Shown piece after piece: positions 25,296-34,092 of a stretch of DNA of 52,700 nt. Both the position numbers and the translations under genes were made by a program. Where the stretch lies: assembly GCA_035624925.1 (NCBI GenBank), contig DASPQN010000073.1:1-52700 (forward strand), given 5' to 3'. Under the pieces are notes generated by a model, which was given only the letters and a program-made list of their open reading frames with translations, was not told the DNA's origin and searched no databases. Within the stretch, counting starts at the first letter, position 1, and every line of letters starts with the position of its first letter. Origin of the DNA: Thermoplasmata archaeon. Its GTDB lineage: Archaea; Thermoplasmatota; Thermoplasmata; Lutacidiplasmatales; UBA184.

Positions 25296-26600
25296 GTGCG
25301 CTACGCGCTGGACGCGCTCCGCCGCCGACCCGGCCGCGCGCTGCTGACCTCCCTCGGGATCGGGCTCGCGTCGGGCCTGGTCGTGCTGCTGCTCGCCCTC
25401 TCCGCGGGGGTCCAGACGAGCGCCACGACGCTGGCGTACGCCAGCGGGGTCGACCTCCTCGCGACGAGCTCCGCGGGGGGCAACGGCTCGCCCCTGAGCG
25501 GCGTGCCCCCCCCGATCCCGCACGCCCACGCCCTCACGACGGGGATCCCTCGCGCCGACCCGAACGTCGCGGCGGCCAGCCCGTGGCTGCTGAGCGACCT
25601 GGTCTTCGGGAACGCGTCGCTCTGGTCGGCCGCGAACCACAGCTCGGTCCCCGCCGGCTGGAGCTACACCGGGTCCGGCGCGGTCGGCTGGATCCCGGAC
25701 GAGCTGGGCGGGATCGAGACGCCGACCCTCTACAACGGGACCGGGTTCACGGCGGCGGGAGACCCCCACTATGCGAACGGGACGTTCCTGGGCAGTCCGA
25801 CCCACCAGATCGTGCTGGACCAGTCGCTCGCCGGGGTCCTTCGGCTCCACGTCGGGCAGTCGGTCTGGGCGAGCCCCGCCGCGCCACCGTCGGACGCCGC
25901 GCTACCCGGCTGGTACGCCAACGCGACGGAGTTCACCGTCGTCGGGATCTCCGGAGCGTTCTGGCTCGTCCCGTCGGCGGAGCTCGCGTTCGTCTACCTT
26001 TCCGAGCTTCAGCAGCTCGTCGGGGGGGCCAGCAACTCGACCGACTACGCGACGCTCGTCCTGATCCATCTGAGCGATCCGACCGACCCGGCGGCCGACC
26101 AAGCGAAGATCGCCCTCGCGTTCCCGCAATTGTCCGTCTACACCCTCGCCAACCTCCTCGGCGAGATCCAGCACGTTGTCAACGTCTACCGCACGTTCGG
26201 CGTGCTGATCGGCGCCATCGGCCTCGTCGTGGCGACCCTGTTCGCCACCACCGTGCTCCAGATGTCGGTGGACGACCGGAGCCGGGAGCTCGCCCTCCTC
26301 CGGGCGATCGGTCACCGCCGTGCCGACGTGGGGGCCGAGGTCGTGCAGGAGGGGATCCTCCTTGGTGCACTGGGCCTCGCCATCGGCCTGCCGCTCGCCT
26401 ACGTCGGGGCGGTCGGCATCAACCGGTTCCTCCTCGGGCTCGTGTCGGGGCTCCCGTCCGGGTTCTCGTTCGTCTCGTTCGACCCGCCGGTGATCGGCTC
26501 CGGGGTGGCCGCCGTCGTCGCGGTGGCGTTGGTCGCGTCGACCGTGCCGGCCGTGCGTGCCATGCAGCTTCCGGTCGCCGAGGAGCTGAGGGCCCCGTGA
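25296..26600 (+). CDS. ABC transporter permease, FtsX/MacB-like (4 TM, large extracytoplasmic loop)
   Basis: ALDALRRRPGRALLTSLGIGLASGLVV at the N-terminus and ELALLRAIGHRRADV in the C-terminal FtsX module. GTG start. Confidence 0.8.
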   Translation: MRYALDALRRRPGRALLTSLGIGLASGLVVLLLALSAGVQTSATTLAYASGVDLLATSSAGGNGSPLSGVPPPIPHAHALTTGIPRADPNVAAASPWLLSDLVFGNASLWSAANHSSVPAGWSYTGSGAVGWIPDELGGIETPTLYNGTGFTAAGDPHYANGTFLGSPTHQIVLDQSLAGVLRLHVGQSVWASPAAPPSDAALPGWYANATEFTVVGISGAFWLVPSAELAFVYLSELQQLVGGASNSTDYATLVLIHLSDPTDPAADQAKIALAFPQLSVYTLANLLGEIQHVVNVYRTFGVLIGAIGLVVATLFATTVLQMSVDDRSRELALLRAIGHRRADVGAEVVQEGILLGALGLAIGLPLAYVGAVGINRFLLGLVSGLPSGFSFVSFDPPVIGSGVAAVVAVALVASTVPAVRAMQLPVAEELRAP

Positions 26601-27844
26601 GGCGCCATCCTTCCTCCCGGGCGCTCCGGCATGCCCGCTGGCAGTCCGTCCTGGCGGTCGCGGCGATCGCCTCCGCGGTCGCGCTTCCGGTCGTCCTCGT
26701 CAGCGTCGGCGGCGGAGTGGCGGCGCACGAGCTCGCGAGCCTGGAGCAGTCCGGCTACCAGCTCGTCGTGAGCGCGGAGGGCCTCCACGGGATCGGGAAC
26801 GCCCACCAGGACGAGGCGAAGCTGCTCGCGCTGCCGAACGTCGAGGATGCGGCGCCGATCCTGAGCATCGCGGTCGACGCCTTCAACGCGAGCGGGAACG
26901 TCTCGCCGCTCCTCGCCGAAGGGGTCGTCCCCTACCCGTTCGCCGCGACGCTCGGTCCTTCGGAGGCCGGCTTGTTCCCCCTGCCGCTCCCCCTCGGCGA
27001 CCCGAACGACACGGTGCACTTCGCCCACGGGACCTACCTCGGCCCCACGACCTACGACGTCCTGCTCTCCAGCACGTACGCTTCGAAGTTCGGCGTCCGC
27101 GTCGGGAGCTCCGTCGTCCTTTCGCCCACGACCAACGCGTCGCTGGGGGTCCGCTACAACGTGACCGGCCTGTTCGGGACCCCGCTCTCCGTGGTGCAGC
27201 CCAGCGGCGCCTTCGCCGCCGTCCTCCTCCTCTCCAACCTGCAGACCCTCGCCGGGTACGCGAGCGGACCGCACGCGGTGGTGCCGGACGGAGCGGACAC
27301 CATCGAGGTCGTCGTCACCCCATCCGCGGCGGAGAACCCGGCGGCGCTCGCGCGCGTCGCGAACGAGGTCCAGGGGGCGTTCCCGGCGTACACCGTGACG
27401 ACCCTGAGCTCGGAGGCGTCCCAGCTGCGGTCCGCCGCGAGCGTCCTCACCGGCTTCTACCTCGCGCTCTCGTCCGTGGGGCTCGCGGTCGGGCTGCTCT
27501 TCCTCGCGCTCGTCCTGGTCCGCCGCGTCGAGCGCGAGCGGCGGTCGATCGGGATCCGACGGGCGATCGGCGTCCCGGCGTGGTCGGTGGCCGGGGCGAT
27601 CGTCCAGGACGGCGCGACGCTCGCCGCCGGGGGCGCCGCGGTCGGCGTGGCCGCGGGATACCTGGTCGTCCGCGGGCTCGCCACGTGGGCGAGCGCCACG
27701 GTCCAGGAGGCGGCCCAGCTCGCCATCTTCGGGCCGGTGTTCCTCCTCGAGCTCGTCGGGGCCGTCGTCGCGCTCTCGGTCGTGGCGAGCCTGGCCGCGG
27801 TCCGCTCGGCGTGGTCGATTGACCTCCTGGAGGCGCTCCGGTGA
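26597..27844 (+). CDS. Second FtsX/MacB-like ABC permease
   Basis: 3' part of track ORF 24830..27844. GTG overlaps the upstream stop (GTGA). RSIGIRRAIGVPAWSV FtsX motif and C-terminal TM helices. Confidence 0.75.
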   Translation: MRRHPSSRALRHARWQSVLAVAAIASAVALPVVLVSVGGGVAAHELASLEQSGYQLVVSAEGLHGIGNAHQDEAKLLALPNVEDAAPILSIAVDAFNASGNVSPLLAEGVVPYPFAATLGPSEAGLFPLPLPLGDPNDTVHFAHGTYLGPTTYDVLLSSTYASKFGVRVGSSVVLSPTTNASLGVRYNVTGLFGTPLSVVQPSGAFAAVLLLSNLQTLAGYASGPHAVVPDGADTIEVVVTPSAAENPAALARVANEVQGAFPAYTVTTLSSEASQLRSAASVLTGFYLALSSVGLAVGLLFLALVLVRRVERERRSIGIRRAIGVPAWSVAGAIVQDGATLAAGGAAVGVAAGYLVVRGLATWASATVQEAAQLAIFGPVFLLELVGAVVALSVVASLAAVRSAWSIDLLEALR

Positions 27845-28545
27845 GCTCCTCGGCCGCCCCTCGGGTCGAGCTCCGGAAGGTCAGCCGCACCTACGCCGCC
27901 GGCGGCGCCGAGGAGGTCCGGGCGTTGCGGGAGGTCGACCTGGACCTCCCCGCGGGGGGGTTCGTCTCGGTCGGGGGGCCGAGCGGCTGCGGGAAGACGA
28001 CACTGCTGAACCTCGTCGGGCTCCTGGACGCCCCGACGGACGGCGAGCTCCGCTGGGACGGGACGCCGGTCGGGCTGCGCAGCGACCGCGAGCGCTCCCG
28101 GCTCCGCCTCGAGATGGTCGGGTTCATCTTTCAGCGGTTCTACCTGCTCCCGACGTTGACCGCCGCCGAGAACGTGGAGCTGCCGATGCGGGCCCTGGGG
28201 GTCCCGCGCGCCGAACGGCGGGAGCGGGCCGCCGGCCTGCTCCGCGAGGTCGGCCTGGAGGAGCGCGCGCGAGCCTACCCGCACCAGCTCTCCGGTGGCG
28301 AGGAGCAGCGCGTCGCGATCGCCCGGGCCGTGGCGAACGGGCCCGGGCTCCTCCTCGCCGACGAACCGACCGGCGAGCTCGACAGCGCCAGCGCAAACGT
28401 CGTGCTCGACCTCCTCGTCCGGGTGCGGGCCGCGCGGCAGGCGACCCTGGTCCTCGTGACGCACAATCCCGAGGTGGCGGCCCGCGCCTCCCGGCACCTC
28501 ACGCTCCGCGACGGCCGCGTCGTCGCCGACCGGGCGGGGGCGTGA
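27841..28545 (+). CDS. ABC transporter ATP-binding protein (MacB/LolD-like)
   Basis: Walker A GPSGCGKTT, Q-loop FIFQRF, signature LSGGEEQR, Walker B LLLADEPT, H-loop VTHN. The start overlaps the upstream stop. Confidence 0.9.
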   Translation: MSSSAAPRVELRKVSRTYAAGGAEEVRALREVDLDLPAGGFVSVGGPSGCGKTTLLNLVGLLDAPTDGELRWDGTPVGLRSDRERSRLRLEMVGFIFQRFYLLPTLTAAENVELPMRALGVPRAERRERAAGLLREVGLEERARAYPHQLSGGEEQRVAIARAVANGPGLLLADEPTGELDSASANVVLDLLVRVRAARQATLVLVTHNPEVAARASRHLTLRDGRVVADRAGA

Positions 28546-28548
28546 GCC

Positions 28549-30324
28549 GTGGCACGGATCGCGATCCTCCTCAACGAGCGCTGCCACCCGAAGGAGTGCC
28601 AGTGGGAATGCCAGGCCTACTGCCCGCCCGTGCGGATGGGCCAGGAGTGCATCGTCGAGGGACCGCTCGGCAAGCCGGTGATCTCCGAGACGCTGTGCAT
28701 CGGCTGCGGGATCTGCGTCCACAAGTGCCCGTTCGACGCGATCAAGATCCTCAACACCCCGGAGGCCGACGAGGCGGAGATCGTCCACCGGTACGGCTAC
28801 AACGGGTTCCGGCTCTATCGCCTGCCGCTCCCGCCGGTCGCGGGGATCACCGGCCTCCTCGGCCCGAACGGGACCGGTAAGTCGACGGCGCTCCGGGTCC
28901 TCGCCGGGGTGGAGGTCCCCAACCTGGGCGACTACGGCCAGCCCGGCGACTGGTCGAAGGTCCTCGCCCGCTTCCGGGGGACCGCGCTCCACGCCCACTT
29001 CGACAAGCTCGCCCGGGGGGAGCTGCGGACGGTCGTCAAGCCCCAGTACGTCGACCGGCTCGCCGAGAACGACACGACCGTCCTCGGCTACGTCGGGGAC
29101 GGTCCGGCCGCCCGGTCCGCGGTCGAGCGGGTCGGGCTCGAGGCGAAGGCGGCCCGCCGGCTGGGCGAGCTGTCGGGAGGCGAGCTCCAGCTCACCGCGC
29201 TGGCCCGGACGCTCGCCACCGACGCGGACCTGTACCTGATCGACGAGCCGTCCAGCTATCTCGACATCGTCCACCGGCTCCAGGTCGCCCGGATCCTGCG
29301 CGAGCTCGGCTCCCGCAAGAGCGTCGTCGTCGTCGAGCACGACCTCGCGCTCCTCGACTATCTCGCGGACCAGGCGCACCTGATCTATGGGGAGGCGGCG
29401 GCGTTCGGGGTGATCACGCACCCGCTCGCGATGCGGACGGCGATCAACACCTACCTCACCGGCTACCTGAAGGACGAGAACGTGCGGTTCCGGCCCGAGC
29501 CGGTAAGGTTCGTCGCGCATCCGCCCCGGCCGGTCTCCCGGCCCAACGCGCTCGTCCGGTTCCCCGCCCTCGCGAAGGAGTTCCCGGCGTTCTCGCTCTC
29601 GACGAGCCCGGGAGAGATCGCCAAAGGGGAGACGATCGGGATCGTCGGGCCGAACGCGACCGGCAAGACGACGTTCGTCCGGATGCTGGCGGGGGCCGAG
29701 ACGCCCACCCGGGGCGCGCCTCCACCGGGGGTCAGCGTCAGCTACAAGCCGCAGTACCTCAAGGCGACCCAGGGCTGGAGCCTGCGCGAGCGCTCGACGG
29801 CGCTCGCCGGCGAGCCGGGGTTCGACGCCCGTACGTTCGAGCGCGAGCTCGTCCCGGGCCTGCACCTCGACGAGGTGCTGGACGTCGCGCTGCCGGACCT
29901 GTCCGGCGGGGAGCTCCAGCGCGCGGCGGTCGCCCTCGCGCTCGCGCGGCCGGCGACCCTCTACCTCCTGGACGAGCCGTCGGCGTACCTGGACGCCGAC
30001 GAGAGGATGGCGATGGCGCGGCTCCTCCGGCGGCAGGTCGAGCGCCAGGCGGCGAGCGCCCTCGTCGTCGACCACGACGTCTACTTCCTCGACCTCGCCT
30101 GCGACGCCCTCGTCGTCTTCCGCCACCCGGAGGCCGACCCGGCCCGCGGGGTGGGCGAGGGGCCGTTCCCGATGCGTGACGGGATGAACCGGCTGCTCCG
30201 TGAGGTCGATGTGACGTTCCGGCGGGACGCCGAGACCCTGCGGCCGCGGATCAACCGGGAAGGCTCGGCCCTCGACCGGGAGCAGCGCGAGAAGGGGGAG
30301 TACTACTACGACGTCGCCGCCTGA
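28549..30324 (+). CDS. ABCE1 / RNase L inhibitor homolog (ribosome recycling factor) with an N-terminal 2x[4Fe-4S] domain and twin NBDs
   Basis: RIAILLNERCHPKECQWECQAYCPPV, CIGCGICVHKCPFDAIKI, HRYGYNGFRLYRLP, two Walker A motifs (GPNGTGKST, GPNATGKTT) and two LSGGELQ signatures. Confidence 0.92.
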   Translation: MARIAILLNERCHPKECQWECQAYCPPVRMGQECIVEGPLGKPVISETLCIGCGICVHKCPFDAIKILNTPEADEAEIVHRYGYNGFRLYRLPLPPVAGITGLLGPNGTGKSTALRVLAGVEVPNLGDYGQPGDWSKVLARFRGTALHAHFDKLARGELRTVVKPQYVDRLAENDTTVLGYVGDGPAARSAVERVGLEAKAARRLGELSGGELQLTALARTLATDADLYLIDEPSSYLDIVHRLQVARILRELGSRKSVVVVEHDLALLDYLADQAHLIYGEAAAFGVITHPLAMRTAINTYLTGYLKDENVRFRPEPVRFVAHPPRPVSRPNALVRFPALAKEFPAFSLSTSPGEIAKGETIGIVGPNATGKTTFVRMLAGAETPTRGAPPPGVSVSYKPQYLKATQGWSLRERSTALAGEPGFDARTFERELVPGLHLDEVLDVALPDLSGGELQRAAVALALARPATLYLLDEPSAYLDADERMAMARLLRRQVERQAASALVVDHDVYFLDLACDALVVFRHPEADPARGVGEGPFPMRDGMNRLLREVDVTFRRDAETLRPRINREGSALDREQREKGEYYYDVAA

Positions 30325-30367
30325 GCCCCCGACGGCCGCCGTCGTCGACGACGACGGGCGGTTCCGC

Positions 30368-30916
30368 ATGCGCGCGAGCCTCTCGGCGGTGGTCGTCGGC
30401 GTCTACGCCGCCATGGTCCTGCTGCTCATCTTCGTGATCGGCGCCCGGAGCTCGATCGGCTTCTCCTGGGTGCTCTACCTCCTGCTCGCCGTCACCTTCC
30501 TCTTCCTCGCGCGGTACCTCTCGACGACCTACCTCCTCGACGACGCGACCCTCGTGGCGCGCACGCTCTTCGGCGCCCGTCGGGTCCCGCTGGAGGAGGT
30601 GCGCGCGATCGAGTACGCGAGCCTGCGCGACCTCGCCCCGACGGGCGGCGGGGTGTTCTCGTGGATATGGCGCGGCAAGATGTACAGCGCCGCGATCGGC
30701 GAGTTCGACCCGATCTTCACGGACGCCGCCTCCGGTCTGTTGGTCACCGCCGGCGCCTACCCGCTCTACATCTCGCCCCGCCGTCCTCAGGAGTTCGCGC
30801 GAGAGCTCTCGCGCCGGGTGCGCTCGTACACGGGAGCGCTCCAGAAGGACGTCGGGAACCCGTCGGCGCCCGAGCCACCGCGGCGGACCCCGGGACGGTG
30901 GGGGCCGGGCCCGTAG
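30368..30916 (+). CDS. Membrane protein with two N-terminal TM helices and a bacterial-PH-like domain (hypothetical)
   Basis: VVVGVYAAMVLLLIFVIG and VLYLLLAVTFLFLA, then YLLDDATLVARTLFGARRVPLEEVRAIEY. Confidence 0.6.
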   Translation: MRASLSAVVVGVYAAMVLLLIFVIGARSSIGFSWVLYLLLAVTFLFLARYLSTTYLLDDATLVARTLFGARRVPLEEVRAIEYASLRDLAPTGGGVFSWIWRGKMYSAAIGEFDPIFTDAASGLLVTAGAYPLYISPRRPQEFARELSRRVRSYTGALQKDVGNPSAPEPPRRTPGRWGPGP

Positions 30917-30953
30917 GCCCGTGGACCCGCGGCCCGGGCCGGAGGGGACGCCC

Positions 30954-33914
30954 CTACGCCTTCTTCGCGGTGAACGTGACCGCCACCGTGGCGGCGGCGC
31001 CCGCCACCTTGACCGACTTCGGTAGGCCGGCGCTGTGGAAGCCGGTCACCAGGCCGATCTTGTAGCCGTACGTCGCGTTCGGGAGGTGGAAGACGATCGC
31101 GGTCCCCGCCGCGGCCGTCAGCACCTGGCCGTGGATCGTCACCGACCAGTTCCCGCTGATGAGCCCCGTCTCGGTGAACGTCACGTTGTACGGGTAGACG
31201 TACTTCAGCGCGATCGACGTGCTCTTGAGGAGGTCGATCGTCCCGGCGATCGGCACGACGACCTTCCCCTCCTTCGCCGTGATCGTCTGGCCGACGAGCG
31301 GCTGGACGGCGTACGGGTAGTTGCCCGGCGTGAGGTTGAGGAACTTCTCCGAGGCCTTGGTCGCGCACCGGTCGACGCCCGCGACCACGACGCACCAGGA
31401 GTGCCCCTTGGGCAGGCCGTGCTCGCCGAAGCCGAGGTTGACCGTCTTGCCCTTCGCGAAGGTGAAGGCGAGCGACACGGAGTTGCCGCTCACGTTCGTC
31501 GAGCCGGTCGCCGGCAGGTTCACGACCACGCTACCGGACGGCCCCGTCAGGAGGTAGGTGTACGTCCCGTTCGGGACCTTGAACGTCACGCTCGACGTCG
31601 TGGTCGACATCACCTGGCCGCCCAGGTACGCCGTCCAGCTCTTCTTCGGCAGACCGGCGGTCACCGTGAACGTCACCTTGTAGGCGACGACGTGGAAGGC
31701 GACGCCGACCGTGGCGGCCGCCCCGCTCACGCTGAACGTCCCCGGCGGGGCCGCGTACTTGAGGTTGGCCGAGCCGACGGTGTAGCTGTAGCCGCCGTCG
31801 GCCTCGATGAACCCGATGGACGCGGTCGTCGAGGCGTTCGTCCGAACGCCGACGGTGACCGACCAGTTGGTCCCGGCCGGAAGCCCCGTCTCGGTGAACG
31901 TGACGTTGTACGTCGTGCCGAGCAGGCTGACCGTTCCCTGGTGGTCGTTCGCGACGAACACCGCCGACTTCGCGGGGTCGTAGGCGACCCCCACAGGGTC
32001 CGCGCCGACGGATACGGTCGCGGTCACGAGGTCGGTCGCCGTCGAGATCACGCTGACGGAGTTCGAGCCCGAGTTCGCGACGAACACCTCGGCGTCCGCG
32101 GAGTCGTACGCCACGGCCGCCGGTGCCGTGCCCACCGTCACGGTGGCCACGACCGCATCGGAGCTCGCGTTGAGCACGCTCACGGTGCCCGAACCGGCGT
32201 TCGCGACGAACATCTCGTCCAGCGCCGGGTCGAAGGCGATCCCCTGGGGCTCGGAGCCGACCGTGATCGTGGCGACCACGGTGTCGTTGCTGTCGTTGAC
32301 GACGGTCACGGTGCCCGCGTGGTAGTCGGTCGCGAACAGCTCGCCCTGCGCCGGGTCGTAGGCGATGCCGTAGGTGCCGACCGAGACGTTCACCGCGGTC
32401 TTCACCGCGTTGCTCGAGCCGTTGATCACCGTGAGGTTGCCCGTGGTGAGGCTGGTGACGAAGACCTCGTCCGCCGCGCCGTCGTACGCCGCCCCCCTCG
32501 GGGACGCTGCGACCGTCGCCGGAGGGTTGACGGTGTTGGTCGAGTCGGCGATCGCGCTCACCGAGGCGCTCGCCGGCCCGACGACGAAGACCTTGCCTTC
32601 GGCGGCGGCGTAGGCGAGCGCGCCGGGGCTGTAGCCCACGGAGAGGTTCGCGGTCGGCAGGAGACTGGTGCTGGAGATGACGCTCACGCTCTTCGCGTCC
32701 CCGACCCCGACGAACGCCTCGCCCTGGCCCGTATCGTACGCGACGCTGGTCGGCACGAAACCGACCCGCACCGTCGCGGTGACGGCGTTGGCGACATCAG
32801 AGACGATGCTGACGTTGTCCGCGTTGCTGTTCGCCACGAAGACCGAGGCCTTCGTTGGGTCGTAGGCGACCCCGATGGGGCCCGGCCCGACCGGGACCGC
32901 GGCGACGACCGTATCGGTCGCATCCGCGATCACGGTCAGGGTGCTCGTGTTCTCGTTCGCGACGAACACCTCGCCGTGCGCCGGGTCGTAGACGATCCCC
33001 TGGGGCTCGACCCCGACCCCGACCGTGATCGCGACCTTGTCGGTCGCGTCGGAGACGACGCTCACGCTGCTCGAGCCGAAGTTCGTCACGAACACCTCGC
33101 CCTTCCCGGGGTCGTAGGCGACCGCCCACGGGCTCGTGCCGACCTTGACGTTGGTCACGACCTTACCGGTCGTGTCGTTGACGATCGTGAGGTTCGAGGA
33201 GCCGGAGTTCGCGACGAACAGCTGGCCCTTGGCGTGGTCCCAGGCGATCCCCTCGGGACTGCTGCCGACCGGGGTCACCGCGCCCGCGGTGTTCGTCCCG
33301 TCGTTGATCGCGACCACCCCGACGCTCGTCGTGACGAACACCTCGCTCTTCGACGGGTCGTACGCCGCAGCCCTCGGGGTCGCGGGCACCGTGACCGAGG
33401 CGACGACCGTGTTCGTCACGTCGGAGAGGACGCTGACGTTCGAGGATCCGTAGTTCGTGACGAACACCTCGCCCCGGGCCGGATCGTACGCCAACCCTTG
33501 GGGATGGGTCCCGACCGGGATGGTCGCGACCACGGCGTTCGTCGCGTCGGAGATCACGCTCACGCAGTTCGAGCCGGTGTCGGCGACGAACACCTCGCCC
33601 TTGGCGGAGTCGAAGGCCGCCGCGGTCGGGTCGATCCCGTTGAGGGAAAGAACGTTCCCCGGAAGGACGGAGTCGTTGACGAGGACGAGCGTGCTGATCA
33701 CGGTCGTCGCCGGCCCGACCGTCGGGACGATGTGGACCGTCGGCGCCGCCCGCGGCGGCGCCGCCACGGGAGCGGCCGCCGCCGGGCTGGCCGCTGACCC
33801 GGCCCCGACCGCGCCGAACGCCACGAGTGACGCCCCGATCATTCCGAGGACCCCGAAGATCGCTACCGCGACCGGCGTCCAGTTCCGCGCCCCGCCGCCC
33901 TTCCCCCGCGCCAT
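30954..33914 (-). CDS. Surface protein: N-terminal signal anchor, 14 YVTN-type beta-propeller repeats, C-terminal beta-sandwich stalk modules
   Basis: Start at internal ATG 33914 (MARGKGGGARNWTPVAVAIFGVLGMIGASLVAF). 14 units of the form VPVGxxPxGxAYDxxxGExFVxNxxSxNVSVIxDxTNxVVAT. Stalk has YNVTFTETGLPAGTNWSVTV and YNVTFTETGLISGNWSVTI. Many N-x-S/T sequons. Confidence 0.85.
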   Translation of the reverse strand: MARGKGGGARNWTPVAVAIFGVLGMIGASLVAFGAVGAGSAASPAAAAPVAAPPRAAPTVHIVPTVGPATTVISTLVLVNDSVLPGNVLSLNGIDPTAAAFDSAKGEVFVADTGSNCVSVISDATNAVVATIPVGTHPQGLAYDPARGEVFVTNYGSSNVSVLSDVTNTVVASVTVPATPRAAAYDPSKSEVFVTTSVGVVAINDGTNTAGAVTPVGSSPEGIAWDHAKGQLFVANSGSSNLTIVNDTTGKVVTNVKVGTSPWAVAYDPGKGEVFVTNFGSSSVSVVSDATDKVAITVGVGVEPQGIVYDPAHGEVFVANENTSTLTVIADATDTVVAAVPVGPGPIGVAYDPTKASVFVANSNADNVSIVSDVANAVTATVRVGFVPTSVAYDTGQGEAFVGVGDAKSVSVISSTSLLPTANLSVGYSPGALAYAAAEGKVFVVGPASASVSAIADSTNTVNPPATVAASPRGAAYDGAADEVFVTSLTTGNLTVINGSSNAVKTAVNVSVGTYGIAYDPAQGELFATDYHAGTVTVVNDSNDTVVATITVGSEPQGIAFDPALDEMFVANAGSGTVSVLNASSDAVVATVTVGTAPAAVAYDSADAEVFVANSGSNSVSVISTATDLVTATVSVGADPVGVAYDPAKSAVFVANDHQGTVSLLGTTYNVTFTETGLPAGTNWSVTVGVRTNASTTASIGFIEADGGYSYTVGSANLKYAAPPGTFSVSGAAATVGVAFHVVAYKVTFTVTAGLPKKSWTAYLGGQVMSTTTSSVTFKVPNGTYTYLLTGPSGSVVVNLPATGSTNVSGNSVSLAFTFAKGKTVNLGFGEHGLPKGHSWCVVVAGVDRCATKASEKFLNLTPGNYPYAVQPLVGQTITAKEGKVVVPIAGTIDLLKSTSIALKYVYPYNVTFTETGLISGNWSVTIHGQVLTAAAGTAIVFHLPNATYGYKIGLVTGFHSAGLPKSVKVAGAAATVAVTFTAKKA

Positions 33915-34092
33915 GCTCTGATCTTCCCGGCCTGCGAGAGCCGCGGAGTAACGGCCCGCGCGACCGGGGCAAGGAACGGGGTTCCGGGTCATATCCCTTC
34001 CGAGACGGCTAGGGGACCCACGAACGGAACCCCCAGTGGCCCTGCGGGCCCGCCGACGACCCCGGTGGACCGCAGAACGCCCGCGAGGAATC

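Noticed and set aside
24252-25850. N-terminal part of the 654-aa minus-strand ORF 23886..25850, and likewise the 5' part (23736..24353) of the 511-aa plus ORF
   Set aside because: Recognisable domains (DUF59 on the minus strand, MptA on the plus strand) occupy only the ends. TATA-like boxes in the 24252-24353 gap fit the short versions. The rest is antisense read-through.
28546-28551. ABCE1 as a functional member of the upstream MacB-like ABC transporter operon
   Set aside because: Only a 3-nt gap separates them. However, ABCE1 is a universal ribosome-recycling factor with no known link to transport, so the adjacency is most simply explained by co-transcription through genome compaction.
27457-30369. 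970-aa minus-strand ORF
   Set aside because: It is entirely antisense to the ABC ATPase and ABCE1 genes, both of which have unambiguous motifs. Its composition is Arg/Pro/Gly/Asp-rich with no motifs.
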